Shown one piece after another: positions 50,130-63,183 of a DNA stretch of 64,000 nucleotides. The number at the start of each line of letters is the position of its first letter. The first letter of the stretch is position 1. The notes under the pieces are model-generated. The model was not told where the DNA came from. It saw only the letters and a list, made by a program, of their open reading frames with translations, and searched no databases. This DNA is from Klebsormidium nitens (taxonomy: Eukaryota; Plantae; Klebsormidiophyceae): NCBI GenBank assembly GCA_000708835.1, contig DF237048.1:124001-188000 (forward strand), written 5' to 3'. The translations under genes and the position numbers were made by a program.

Positions 50130-53100
50130 TCAGCATACTCTGCAGCTCTTTCTGCAGTGGCCGGTGCTTCCCACCATGTACCCTGGGTTCTTCGTGCACT
50201 CGCCTGTCGCAGCCCAGCCGGGGCAACGACCGTCTAGGTCCGCACACTGACCCGGAACCACCTGTCGCACAGAATGGAAGAAAATCCCAGTAAAGCCCAG
50301 AGGTTCCCTTCTATGTACAAGATTCATGTCTAACCAAGACTGCAGGTCCAAGACGGTGATCAGGTCCAAGAGTATCCGCACCTTACAAGCATGCGTACAT
50401 TGTGATCCAGTAAAAGACGCTGACGAGAACCAAGGGTAGTCGCACCATACTTGCATGCTGACACTGCGAATCCACTCAACCGGGAACTCTGATCTATTTC
50501 AGTGCGACACAGGGGTCGCGGCTGCAGAAACTATCACACAAGGGCCGGCTTGAAACTTTGGTTGAATCCGCGTGTCTAGCCCCACAGTAAGTGGGCACGA
50601 GAAGAAGCTCAGTAAGTGGGCACGAGAAGAAGCTCAAGGAGATGGCGCGAGAGTCGGAACAGAAGCTCCCCGCTCACCTTTGGTCCGTCAAAATCTGCCA
50701 CGTGTATCCACTTGGGCGCAGACCACTTCTCGCCCTTCTCGACGGGGCACGCCCCGTGCAGGCTGCTCGGGTCGGTAGACGCATCCGGGTGGAGACTGAA
50801 GAAAAGGAGCGCGTCTCCTTTCCTTGGTTTCACTACAAGAAGGAATTTGCCTTGAGAAGGAGGCACAGATGAACGAGGTTATCGCGGTCGTGAGAGGCAC
50901 TGAGACTTCTTACGTATGCTTTTAATTTAAGGCTCTTACGAAGTGAACTTGGAACGGCACAATGCACCAAAAGCCGTTTGAATCCGGCAACGTCATACGG
51001 CCGAGTCAGATGATGCTGTCTCATGAAAGACAGCTTCAGGTGCCGCAAGCACAGGCTTTAAGGCCTTCTGGACACCAATCGATTCCAAGCCTGATCAAAG
51101 CGAGTCCACATGCCACAAAGCTACGTTACATGACAAGAACAGGTTGAGAAACCGCGAGCTGCGTCAATCAGGCTCATGTTTGATGGTAAAACGCGCTCGA
51201 TCTCGTTCGTAACGGCCAATCAAACCCGCCTTCTTCGTCCCACTGGCATTTCTCGGATATACAAAGATCTCAATGCAAGTCCTCTTGTGCTATTCCGGAG
51301 AGCCTACAGAGCCATTTATGCCAGTGTGACTCACTCACAGTCAAGGTACAACGATGCAGACTCCAGACTGTTGCCCTCTTAGACCAACCTGCTTCGTCCA
51401 TTCCTTGCAGAACAAGGCCCCAAGAGGCAGGATTTTCAGTCCCAAAAGTCCGCTACATTCAGTCGACTCACCCGCGAGCCCCTTCTGTGCGCACTCTGAC
51501 CACGTGCCGTCCTTTTGCCGCGGGTGTGGGGTTGCCGTTGGGAACACCGTCTCCCCCCCCTTTCCGACCGTGTTCAGATACATGAGCACCGTAGCAATGC
51601 GATGCCCCCCCCGCTGGATGTTGACTTTGTCGCTGAAAAAGTCGTGGTGTGGATCGTACTTCTGACCATGTTGATAGCGTAGAATCTGGAGCGCCTCCCC
51701 ATTCTCTGCAAACAGCATGGGGTTGGTTAGGATTGGGTTTGGAATTGGGGTTAAAATGGTTTATAATTGGAGTTGGAATGGGGGCTGGGGTTGGGGTTAA
51801 TATTGGGGTTGAAATTGGGGTTAGCGTCGCGGTTGGGCAGGGGCTAAATTTGGTCAGAGTGGGTCAAATTGGTCAGAACGGGAGTGGGTTAGAAACAATT
51901 TCAAAGTGCAAAACTCAAGAGGATACGAGAAACATTATGGCAACAGAAGTTACGGAAGTTTGTCGGACATCTCCCTTCGTGGACTTTCGACCATGCTGGT
52001 GGGGTAAAACATGTTACCCCTGTCACTAAGTTTCGCAACACTTGAGGGGTCAGTTGATTCTTTACAAAGGAAGCACTCAGTGTCAAAGTGACCCTGCAAT
52101 CTGTGTGGACAATCAAGTCGGCTACAGCAAAGAGTCAACCGTGAAAGACTGATGTGGGGCGGAGACTACACGCTCCAACATCTTAGCGCTGGGTGGCACA
52201 GCTCTTGGGACAAACCTATCAAGTCAGAACCGTGGGAACATCATTGCAGGCCCCACTATGTGATGCTGGGCCGCTTTGAGACTCTAGCACGGAGCGTGCA
52301 TGCTACAGTAAGGAAGGCGTTACCGGACCGCTCCAAGTGGCACTCGTTCCAATGCGTCTCCTGAATTGTAGAGAAGGTCTGTGCTGTCTCAAAAGGTTTC
52401 TATTTCACCCTGGTTGCAAATGTCGATCCCCCCAAACCAGAGGCTTACCTACTGGCAGGAATGTCCAGGCCGCGATTTTGTCTTCAATACCCGCAACCAC
52501 CGCATCCTGAAACAGGAAGGATGCATTTGCCTTAATCTGCTGGTCTGCTTATGGTCCCTTCTATATTCACTTGTGCTGGTGGTACTGTTTATCATGGTCA
52601 ACATTCTCGATGTCTCTATTCTTGACTTCTGAAGCATGTGAGAGTTGGCCTTTCGACGATCGAGTGACTTGTATAAAATCGTTCCAAGAGCAGGGTGTGA
52701 ACATAACTCCAAGAAGGAAGGAGCCGTTCGAAAATTGGGAGTGAAAGTCCAAAAGCTCGAAAGTGAGCTAAGTGAAGCGACCCAAGCCCTTTTTGGAATA
52801 AAAGGGGGCTCTTGCCAAAGGGCAGCGGCGCTTGTGGCTTCGCAGGCTGTTGAACTCACCTGCGCCCTCAGCACAAACATTCCGGAGCTTGTGCGGACTT
52901 CGCTCGAGACGCCCTGCCCCGAGTCGTTGTCCACCACCGTTGAGTGCTCCAGCTTGTCGCGCGCCTGGAACATCAGGGAAGAACAGGAGACTTCAGGAGC
53001 TTTTCTTTGTCAACAAAATCTGGTACCTGACAATCCATATGCACTGCAGCTTTGGATCCTTGGGATCGGAAGGGCGTCAGGCTAACTGGTATTAGTAGAG

Positions 53101-54335
53101 TACTGAAGTAGAGTATTGAGGGCAAAAGAACAAGAGTCCTGAAGTGGCACTCACTTTGTCAAGGATTCGTCACTCTGCAATGTAAGGGGTCCATATACAC
53201 CGGAGCAATTGCTGCAGGAGCGAGGAAGGGTGTATATTTACCATGGCAACCAGGTGGTCGCACTCTTCATCCGTGAGGAAGTTGTGGTAGAGCCATGCTC
53301 TGTAGGAGAAAGAAAGAAGAGTCAGACTACGATGATGAAGACCCTGATGCTCATCAACAAATGCTTCAGCACAATAAGGGAATCGCTTGATCCTATACAG
53401 ATTGGCCGGAGCGCAAATCAAATGTCAGGCAGGGACAGACTGTGCATCAGGCTCTTGGAACTATGGCAGCGGATAGCCGCAGCTTGAGAGCTGACGGCAA
53501 TCGTAAACCAGGAGGGCCCAATCCTCCATCTCTCCTGCCCTGTTTCAAGAACAGGTTTATGCTCACAAAATACATGGGCTTACAGGACTCCTTTTCACCG
53601 AAGACAGTTATTTTTGCAGAAAGTCCCGTCTGGTAAATGAGCCATGATCTATGCACAGGAGTCAAAACGCAGCTTGAGGATGAAAAGCGAACCTGGGATT
53701 CCAGGACAGGTGCTCTATCTGCGAAGGATTGACGCTCCAGCCTGGTTTAGGGACCACCTGCTGAATCACTTCTCCCCGCAACTGCTTTGCCGTTTGGGTA
53801 CTGCAACAGAATGTTGCAACCTGGTTTGCAAACCGTAGCAGTGGGACAATTTGTTTTGGCAAGCAGGGGAGCTCTCCTTCACCAAGCTTTCAATCTAGTG
53901 CGTTTGTTCTTTCTTTGGGACTCAGGCATACTCTTCCCACAGAGGGCAATCCTGAATCACCAGTACAATAGAGGACCCTTCAAGGGGCACCCATTGGGGT
54001 CACAATCCCTCGAATGGGTATAAGGTTGGTGCTGTTCATGATACAAGGAGGAAATGGCATCTCTGTACTACAATATGAATGCCCAAGCCAAGATGCCTTT
54101 CCAGAGGTTTCAGAACCTGATCAGGTGGCTTGATGAATCTCGCTGTTCAGTCCCCCTCAAACCTTGTGGCTGTTTATCAATCAAAGCAGTGGCTATGAAT
54201 GAATCAGCTTCCTCACCTGACTTCGCCCAACCAGCCAGGCAAATCATCCGGCTGCCCAATCCACATGCGACCCTCGACGGCTACGCCAAAAAAGGTGAGA
54301 ACCAGTGCTAAAAGCGGGACCACATTCTTCATCAT
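50130..54335 (-). CDS. P4H: Prolyl 4-hydroxylase with signal peptide and C-terminal ShKT domain
   Basis: MMKNVVPLLALVLTFFGVAVEG signal; HLSWNPR; AWLYHNFLTDEECDHL; STVVDNDSG..SEVRTSSGMF; ENGEALQILRYQHGQKYDPHHDFF (HxD); RIATVLMYL; LHGACPVEKGEKWSA (His, Lys); CAD..C..WAATGEC.KNPGYM....CRKSC (ShKT). One 5' junction is not fully resolved. Confidence 0.95.
50585..50636. repeat. Perfect 25-bp tandem duplication in the last P4H intron
   Basis: CAGTAAGTGGGCACGAGAAGAAGCT x2. Confidence 0.95.
51719..51845. repeat. G/T-rich low-complexity tract (TTGGGG-like) in a P4H intron
   Basis: Repeated TTGGG(G) and GGGGTT units. The sense strand reads as (C/T)AACCCC units just upstream of an acceptor. Confidence 0.75.
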
Positions 54336-55176
54336 GCAAGCATTGCATACAGTGACCCCCTTCTCTTAGATAGTGCATCCAGAGTCCTGATATCAATGCT
54401 AGACTGGTGGACGGACCAGGCAATGCACATTCGTCGAGCCCCTTCAATACAGGCGTTGCTGGAAAAGTAGACAATCTGGCGCCCGAAAGCACTTCAGGAA
54501 AGCAGAGCAGTCGGACGTCCTGTACACTTTTTCTCGACAACCGCAGCAGGAGCCCTGCTGCCGGCAACAGCTCCGGGCGCGCCATCTTGTTTTTGTCTTC
54601 AGTGCTGGTTTGGCAGATGTTTGCTGGTTTCCTTTGCTCAGAGAAACCCTAAGAGCCAAGGGATCACCCAGTGCTTCAAAGTGAATCGGGCTCATGATTG
54701 ACAGCGGCGGTGTGGTTCCTGAGGTTGGTTCTTGATAAATGGACATTTCTACGGAAACCCTAAAAAACACCCAGACGAGAGGACCATCTTCCTCGGACTC
54801 AGAGTTCGGAGTCGAGACGGTATGCAGCTTCATACAGTAATTATGCTTGCAAGGTCTCGATCGTTTCAGTGTCTCTTCAAAGACTGCGAGGATGCGCGTT
54901 GGTCGTGCAGTTGCTCGGTTTTTAACAGGCGTTCTTCTGCAGGAAGATTGCAGGGTTGTCCTGAGGACTTGACTGGAAAGTGGTTTCATAGAGCAGCCAT
55001 CTGTCCATCTTTCACTTCAATTGAGCTCATTTTGAGCTCGTTTGCACTGCTTATATTGAGTCTCTTTACAAAGCCCTTTAGAGTAAGAATGGCAGGAGCT
55101 GAACATCCTTAAGGTGTGCGGCCTTTGAGGCGCTTTTTGACCCCTTGCAATCCTGCCTTGATCATCATTGCTTACA

Positions 55177-58100
55177 ATGAGTCGAAAGGTGAACCCTCAT
55201 AAGGCTCAGCATGGCAATAACAAAGGAGGACCAGCACCGCTTGGGGACGGACAAAGCATTTTGCAAATGGTGAGGATGGCTCTTGTCTCTTGGGGGTGTG
55301 CATGTCTCTCGATACTGTACATTCAGCAGAGCTAGTCTCTCAGTCCAATCCTCAATGCAGATATAACAGCCAGCTCTAATGCAAATAACCAGTCCGCCAT
55401 TCACTAGCCAGCTTGGGAACCCTGGAATGCGATTTCATGCTGGTTGGCCCTCCAAATGCAACTACAGAGCACACTCGTAGATGGACTCGTGATCAGACAG
55501 CATTTGTAGACAGGTTAGTAGTTCAGTGTCCTGAGATTGAAAACCCCAAACCATGTTTGCAGGCCGCCAAACTCAAAAGATTTGTAAAGCAACAGAAGGG
55601 CAAGCTAGAGAAGAGCGCGGCGCTGCATGAGTGGATGGTTGCTCATCAGCAGCTACAAGACGAGTGGTGCGCCTTTTCATCCAGCTTCATGTTTGCTTGG
55701 CCTCAGCCGTCGATTTAGAAGCATTCTCTTTGGCGGTTGCCACTATCATGGCAGATTAAGACCTGAAGCTCATGAGCATGTCTTGTGTTTGCATTTTGTG
55801 GATTGCCAAGTTAGGTCTTCAGAGTTGATTCCAGTATTGACTATCGCAGAGACATCACCTAGTTTCTGAAATGCCTCAATGGAATGCTATCTCAGACTCG
55901 TGTTAAAGTGGTTTTGCAGTGGAGCGGCAGAGCGAGATGCTGCTCAAGCCCAGGAGGCCATCTCTGAGTTTCTGCTAGATGGAGGAGACCAAGTTGAAGG
56001 TTCTCAATCTGAAGGGGACTCAAGGGAGCTGATACTAAAAGTTAGGGACTTGCGGCAGCGTGTTGCTGATAAAAGGTGAGCTGAAACAACCATCAAGTGC
56101 AGGGTAACTCAGACTACCACGGTTTCTTTGCACTCATCATCTTTATTTCAGCCAGAGGTTTCAAACTCCAAAGTCGGCCATGATCTAACAAATCTGCTTC
56201 ATGTCTCAACATATCAGTTCTGCAGTTCTGTCCTTGCTCCTGTTGAGTAGCCTGCCTTCTTATTTTAGCTTTCATGTGAGGCCAGGTCCCTCAATAAGTA
56301 AAGCATGGAACTACAGTGAGAATCGTTTCGGAGCACAAACTCCGCCTGACACGATTGCTCAGACCATTCTTCCTTCTTGAGCTTACTGCCCAGAGGCTCA
56401 CTACAATGTTTCTGCTAGAAAGCTTCCATCCAAGTTCCACAACAAAGCAGCCAAGTCCAGATCCTTGTAGGTTCGTCCTTCGTCTTACAATCACAGAGCA
56501 GATGATGAGACGACAATGGAATCAGGAACGGGACGTGAAAAGGCTTGTAGAATGAATTGGAAGATGACCAGATAAAATTTGTAATACTGAATTGCGCGTG
56601 CTTCTCTCCAGGAGACGCTCCAGCACCTTCGAAACGTCTTCACTGACAGACGAGCTCAGACGCATCCGGGAGGAGCTCGAACAGCACAAGGAGGAGCTCG
56701 AACATCAGGTAAGAAGAAGTCAGAGGCGTATTCCACTAGTCAGTCGGAGGTTATGAGATCAGCATCCTTTTACACCTTTGATGTCAGCGAGGCAACTCTT
56801 TTTAGAAGAGAGAGAAGCGGATGTTGCTTCTGCAGGCTGTGTTCCCTGCACACTCAAGTCCGCAAGCATATTCAACAGCTCGCCTTCAGCTCCACAAGAA
56901 AAGGTTTCATGATGTCATATACTGCATACAGCAAAAGGTTAAGTAGCGTGAGCTGCAATTTTCCATGCCAGGAGCAGTCTGTCTCTTATGTACCGCTCTC
57001 CTGGAGCTCAGCTTTGCAGGGGGACAGCGTGACACGCGTCAGTGGCTTTGAGCCAACTGAGTTGACTCTGGGACTGTTTCGCGTTTTTTTGCTGGCTTCA
57101 AATCCTCGCCAGGAAACGGGCTAATCTGGTGTTTACAAATGCGCAATCTGGATTACTCTAGGAGCTTGATGAGAACGTAAGTCTGCTCTGGTGCAATCTC
57201 CTTAGAACCTCAAACCTGGAAGGAAGTCCTTGGGCGTCAAGTATGTTCAGTGTTTATCAAAGGTGTTTAAAAAATAAACACAAAAAAAATCGAATAAATA
57301 AAATCCTTCATCCGAGAACGACTTTACTCTGCAGGAGTCAGCTTGTATTGCTGCTGGTCCGTCGACTTTTGAGGATGAGCCCGGCAATGACGAGGACGTG
57401 ACTTGGCAATCTCGATTGGAGGAACTCTTCAGCAGGTTCCCCACCGCCTGCGACGAAAAGGAAAAGGTAGGAGGCGATCTTTCTAAAGTCCGGGTATCCA
57501 GCTTGATAGCATCCACCTGATACCGTCAAAGGCTTTCCAAGGGTTCTTTGCGGAAGCTGCACGAAACCGCTCTGGCCCCAGGAACAGGAAACGGTCGAAC
57601 GGTCTGGAAAGAGAAAGTGGGACGCGTTGTTTCTTTTAGTTTTGTGCCTGTTTGCGAAAACCGTTTGAATAGACGTGATTGCTATCGCTAATCAGCGCTT
57701 AAAAGCGTCTCCGCTTTTTAGAAGTCTCTTCTGTAGAATCCACCTTGCAGAAACAGGTTTCCAGGGTGTAGCTTGACGTCGCCATTCAAATGATGCAAAA
57801 TCTCGTCGACCTCTCAATCTCGCCAGTTTGAGTCAGCAGATTGATTACGTTAGCCGACAGGTCGAATGTCTCCTCGTCGGACCTTTCTTACATTCGGACG
57901 CAGGCCGAATCGAGGCGGCTCTTTGCGGACCTTGTTGAAAACTTCTTGAAGAAACGGTCAGAGTTCGAGGCGACCTGCCCGCCCAGCACCCACGCTGGCT
58001 GGTCGCTGGAAGACCACGAGACGTTTCTCCGGGTCCGGCGGGCGGGGCTTGCGGAAGCGAGTGCCACGTGTCAGCCGCAGTCGGAGGTCGTGTCCAGGGT

Positions 58101-61100
58101 TTGCAGGATGATGCCGCATAGAGCTCAGAGGGATATTGTACAACATTCCGAATGGTGAGTCGCATTTTGGCACACATTTGCCCGGTGAGTGCACTTCTCG
58201 TCGTGAAGCAGGACTAGCATCTAAGGTAAGGTTGTTTAAAGCCTCTTAGCAAATCATTGAGAAGGCTGCGAAACCGACCCTCTTGGAGGGCCTCTTTTGT
58301 GGGTTCACGCTTTTCAATGCAAACGCGTCGTTCGAACCCGCAATCTTCAGGTGGTGTTTTCCCGTCCCGCCAAGTGAAAATCGGATTCCGCCATTGGCGA
58401 CCCGGAGGTTGATTATGTCAGTATGCATGGCGAGTCGTAAGAAGCGAATCAGGACCTTCTTCGTGTAGCTTGTTAAAAGCCTTCTCCTCCTTTGGGCGAA
58501 AGAATCTCACCCTGCTTCGTTTCCCTAGGTACGCTGAAAGACTCTTGTGGCGACGAAAGCTGGAAGATTTACATGCGTCGAAGTCGCGGCAGCTGGACGA
58601 AGCGTTGGAGAAGCTGGAGAGGAAACTAAGCAAGGTCAGAAATTCTCTCAAAGCGTAAAGTGGGTGGTCTAAAGGAGGCGTCGATCATGATCTTTAAAGA
58701 GCTTCCTTCAGACAGGGCACATCTCCACATCACTCTACGGCGACTTCACGAAGTCGCAGACCGACTTTTGCTGCAACTTCTAAAAGCAGATGCCTAATTG
58801 ACCAAAATGTCAGTGCGGAAGCGCCCACCATTTTGGCGCCTAAGGTAACCGCTTTTCCGACGAGGTCCATCAGAATCGCTGGGAGGAGCTTCCTATGAGG
58901 TTTGGAGCGGAGACGCAAGTGGATTTTTCAGCAATTTCATTTTGGCTACGTGCAAAAGTATTGCAGACTTCCCAGTTCTCAGCGCAATCTGATCTGATAC
59001 TCTGCTTTAGTCGCTTGCAGATATTTGGATCAACGGGACTTGAAAGTGCATGCTAACATTATGTTTTCCTGTACCCAGAAAGAGGCCGGCTTTCGAACCG
59101 CTGCCGCCACGGCTTTGGACACGATCAAACGCGAGGCTGTGCAGTCAGTTTTGCAAAGCAAGCTCGATAACCACCGGAAAATTAAGGCGGATAGCGCGCA
59201 GCTAGAACTGCAGAAGCGGCTTGAAATGGCGGAGACTGAGACGGAAAAGAAGCAACTGGAAGAAAGGAGAGCGAAAGACGAAAAAGCGAAGGCGAAGGCA
59301 CTTCTTGAAAATTACCGGGCGGAGATCGAGGATCTAGCGCGTGAAAAAGAGCAGGAGGCCACGAAAGGAAGGGCGTTGAGGGAAGAAACAACCAAAGCAG
59401 GTAAGAAGTCAAGCCAAGTTCGAGACGCTTAAGCGAGACATTTGATCTTAGCTTCGCCTTGTTAAGACTTTATATTGGAGGTTCAGACCGCAAGAAGGGT
59501 TGCCGCGAGGTTTGTACAGACTTGCTCACGCCCCCCTGAGAGTTCACTTCTCGTTGATCATCGATGACTCTGGAAAATAGGCCACCCTGATACCTTGCTT
59601 GCAAGATATTGCACAAGATGGTTAAGAAAAACCATAAATGCCGCAGTCCCAAACGCCACACGTAAAGCGTGAACCTACTTACTGTCCTCGCGCCCACCTC
59701 TTCAGGCGCAGCTGAAGCCTGAGCACCATATAAGTAACGCTGGTGCAAGCACTCGAAAGGCGGTAGACCCGCTGCTTCTAGGTATATTAAGTAGGCTCTT
59801 GAAGCATAGGCCGGCTTTCATCTCCCAGCTTTTCGTGCTCTCCAATTCTTCCATAGGCGCGATCAAAACTGGAACAGGTAGCTTACCTGCGAGGAGAGCA
59901 ACCAAAACGGTGGTGGTCCAGCTGCTCTTTGCTGTTAAGGGCGTAAATCGTATTGACTTACTGTTTTTTGCACTGGTTTTACAGAGGCGCAACTGAACGC
60001 AGAGCCCCGTAGGACACCGGAAGGTGCAGGCACCTTTAGGCGGTGATCCAGCTGCCTTTAGCCATAATTTGCCCGCTTTTTGAAGCAAAAGCAGAAGTTT
60101 GCGTATTCTTGTCTTCCCTCTTCTTCCAGAGGCGCAACTCAACGCGGAGCCGGTGAAATATCGGCGGCGGGAGTATGGCAAAAAGGCGGACACGCCATAC
60201 AGGCACGGAGCGTGGGTATTCAGCTATTCAATCTGCGAGTATCTTTGCAGAGGCGCAACTGAACGCGGAGCGCGTGGAGTTCCGCCGGCGCGCGCACGCC
60301 AAGAAGGTGGACCAGCTGCGGCGCGCGGCCGCGGCATCGGAGGCGCGCGAGCGCGAGAAGGAGGAGCGGCTGGCCAAGCTCCGGGCGCAGGTCAGTGCTA
60401 TTTTAGCCCGTGTGGACTGGCTGTGGATTCAAAGTTGGAGTGACGTTCCTTGCGGGGTGCGGTAACTGGTTGTTAGTAGGGCTTGTAAGTGATGCTTGCA
60501 GCGCGACCGATCTCGACATGGCGGCTGTCCGCTTCGCCAAACGACCAGCGTTGTGGGGCCGAATGGCATCCGAAGTGTCGCGGTCCAAAGCACCAGGTGT
60601 TAGAAGAGCACTGACTCAAACGTCTGGCGCTGTTCGGACGAAAGCGTTTGATGAGCGATCATCGAACAATTACAAGGATACTTCGACTCGAAATGTCTGA
60701 TGCAGACAGAATGCTGAAACCCAAAAGGTGCGCTCTGAGAGCATACAGACCTTCCCGCGCCGAAAAGAAAGAGGAATCTTGTCCAGAGGCCGACTCTGCG
60801 ACGCTTGGATTGGCATTCGGAGGACATGCCATGCTTGAGCTTGAAAGCTCAGCCATGCTGAATTACGAAACGTCATGGCCAAAGAGATGGCCTCTTCATG
60901 GGGAGGCGCCCCTGAATCCAAACCCGCAGAGCTTTCCGAAATCCGCTTCTTTTGAAGCAGGCCCTGTGTGTGCACTTCTCGCCTGATTCTGCCCATCTCT
61001 TCCCGCAGGTGGCCGTCCAGGTCGAGGCCGACAAGGCCCGCGTGCTGCAGCCGACTGCCGCCATGCTCGCCGCGGAAGCTGCGGCCAAAGAGTCGGAGCT

Positions 61101-61765
61101 GTTCCCCGTACACGGCTTCACGACCGAAGAGTTGATGCGGGACAAGCGCTTCCGGGTGAGAAGAGCAGCCTTACTGCCAGAGGTCTGAATCGACAAAATC
61201 TTGGGATGGTAAAGGCAGCTACTACTTTCGGTGGCCGCTCGCTATCCAAAAAGCTGTTCTGAGCACTCTCAGTTCTTCGCAACAGCTGCAGTCGCTGGAC
61301 CGATTGGAATCGTACAACTACCAAGCCTGTTTCTGGAAACAGAAGAGCATCAATTTAGCGTCGCAGTGATGCTCAAAGTTTCTGGCTTTCCATCAGAATG
61401 TTCCGGACAGTCTTTGATGCTTCCATGCGGCTATTATGAGTGCGTTCAGTCAGATTGACCCAAAAAAGCAGCCTGGTTCTCCTTCCGTCCACTTGTCGCG
61501 TGCCTGGGAACCTTCGCAAAATCGCGTTACAAGAAAGGTCGACGGAGTTCGTCGAAACGGCCCTGGAAAAAAAAAATGCAAAAATGCAAAAATAAAACAA
61601 ATAAAACGTTTGCCTCTCGTCGTGCAGCTTGGTCTGGTGCTCCGTGAGGCTGGCTTGCACAACACGGCCGCCGGTCGGGACGCTCTCATATCTGCTGCCC
61701 CGAAACCGAGGAAGCCAGACACGCTCTCGCAGATCCGTTTCGCTCCCGAGAACCTGCCCCCGTAA
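55177..61765 (+). CDS. CCDC148: CCDC148-like coiled-coil protein, multi-exon
   Basis: Phase-consistent GT-AG exons from MSRKVNPHK (55177-55269) through AAKLKRFVKQQ..HEWMVAHQQL, GWSLEDHETFLRVRR, NAERVEFRRR, VAVQVEADKARVLQPT..LFPVHGFTTEELMRDKRFR, and LREAGLHNT..PKPRKPDTLS to the stop at 61765. The C-terminus matches my recollection of the CCDC148 family; the name is not database-verified. Confidence 0.75.
59985..60320 (+). repeat. Triplicated 3' splice site + exon start in a CCDC148-like intron
   Basis: cag|AGGCGCAACTGAACGCAGAGCC (59985), cag|AGGCGCAACTCAACGCGGAGCC (60130), cag|AGGCGCAACTGAACGCGGAGCG (60251, true exon). Confidence 0.9.
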
Positions 61766-63183
61766 GGAAACAAGGTGGCAGACCGTTCTTCAATGGTTTA
61801 AGGAGAGATCACTTGTAAAATACTCGCATCTCGGATAGAACTTGACGACTCGCATGAGGTCGGGCCACTGACCAGTACCTCCATATCCGTACCTTCTCGT
61901 ATCAATATCCGCTTTGCCATGTTCAGTGGGACCGGAACACCGCGGGCCAACGATGTAGTGTCATTTTGTGATTAAGCGGGTAACATGCCAAATAAAAACA
62001 GTCCTCGTGACCTAGTCATTCGCTGATAGCACTGCGGTGCATGGCTGGCAATGATCAGTGTACGACGCAGATCACTGAAACATTTGAGTGCGCATGAGCT
62101 GCGACCTCCCACTGACTCTACCCCAGTTCAACGGTTGCAGATCCTATAATGAGTCGGCCTATATCATTGGCCCGCTGAGGCCCTTGTCTCGGTTAGCTCC
62201 AACCGCGCGCATATACCGGCTAGCTGCTTGCAGAGAATCTTATAAATCAGCTCAACGATGATCAATGATGCAAACCGCCATATCATTGAACATTGTGTTT
62301 CATGCTCCTTTTTCTATATCCGCTTATATATATAAGCTAGGTCGGCAGTACGTGGTCCAAATTACCTTGGAGCACTTGAATGTTCCTAGAGTTGCAATAA
62401 CCATGTTTGCTTCCGATATTGCTGAGTCCCGGCCCTATTATGCAGAAGTCGAAAGCTGCGCGGCCGCACAAGCCAGCTGCAAGAATAATTCGCGATTGTG
62501 GCCTAGCTGCCAATTGAAATGGTACAGATTACGTGATTGGAATTACGTATTCATTACGTGCTTGGCTGGCCGATATTGATATGCAACTGGGTGTGATCTT
62601 GATTGCAAGGGCGGACTTTTACCGCGTGCAATTCAAATTACCGAACAGATAGACTCGAACTCGAGTCTATCTGTAAGAACCAATGTCTCAAAGCTCACTC
62701 GAATGATGCAAATGGGTCAACGACATACTCAGTGCCACTCACAAAGAGTCACCCGTCCACAAGCAACGAGATGAAGAGTGAAGATATGAGGGAAGGGGTA
62801 AGCATTTGCAAGACTTGGTCCCTTACTTTGCGAATTCCTAATTCTCAAGATTGATCCAGACTGTGATTTTATCTGGCCAAACACTTGGCTAGCTTGCATG
62901 TTGACACCAGAAGTCCGGCTCAACCATTACACATGCTCCTCTCGTTTCCGGAAACACCCTCAGCTGGCCTTGATTATGGGCATGGCACTATATTTACAAA
63001 ACGCCCTGATCTACTGGGCGTATCTCGCTTCGTTTGCATGACACGATACTCGACTATATCTATCAAAGTACAAGCAGGCACTTCTAAAGCAGCAACGATC
63101 AGATGCTCTTCAAATTTCGAAAGGTGAGAACCTATCACGGCGCCCACTCTCGAAACTGTTATCACTTCTACTACCGGGCAATC

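Noticed and set aside
51719-51845. Interstitial telomere
   Set aside because: Units are irregular (TTGGGG, TTGGAA, GGGGCT) rather than a regular TTT(T)AGGG array.
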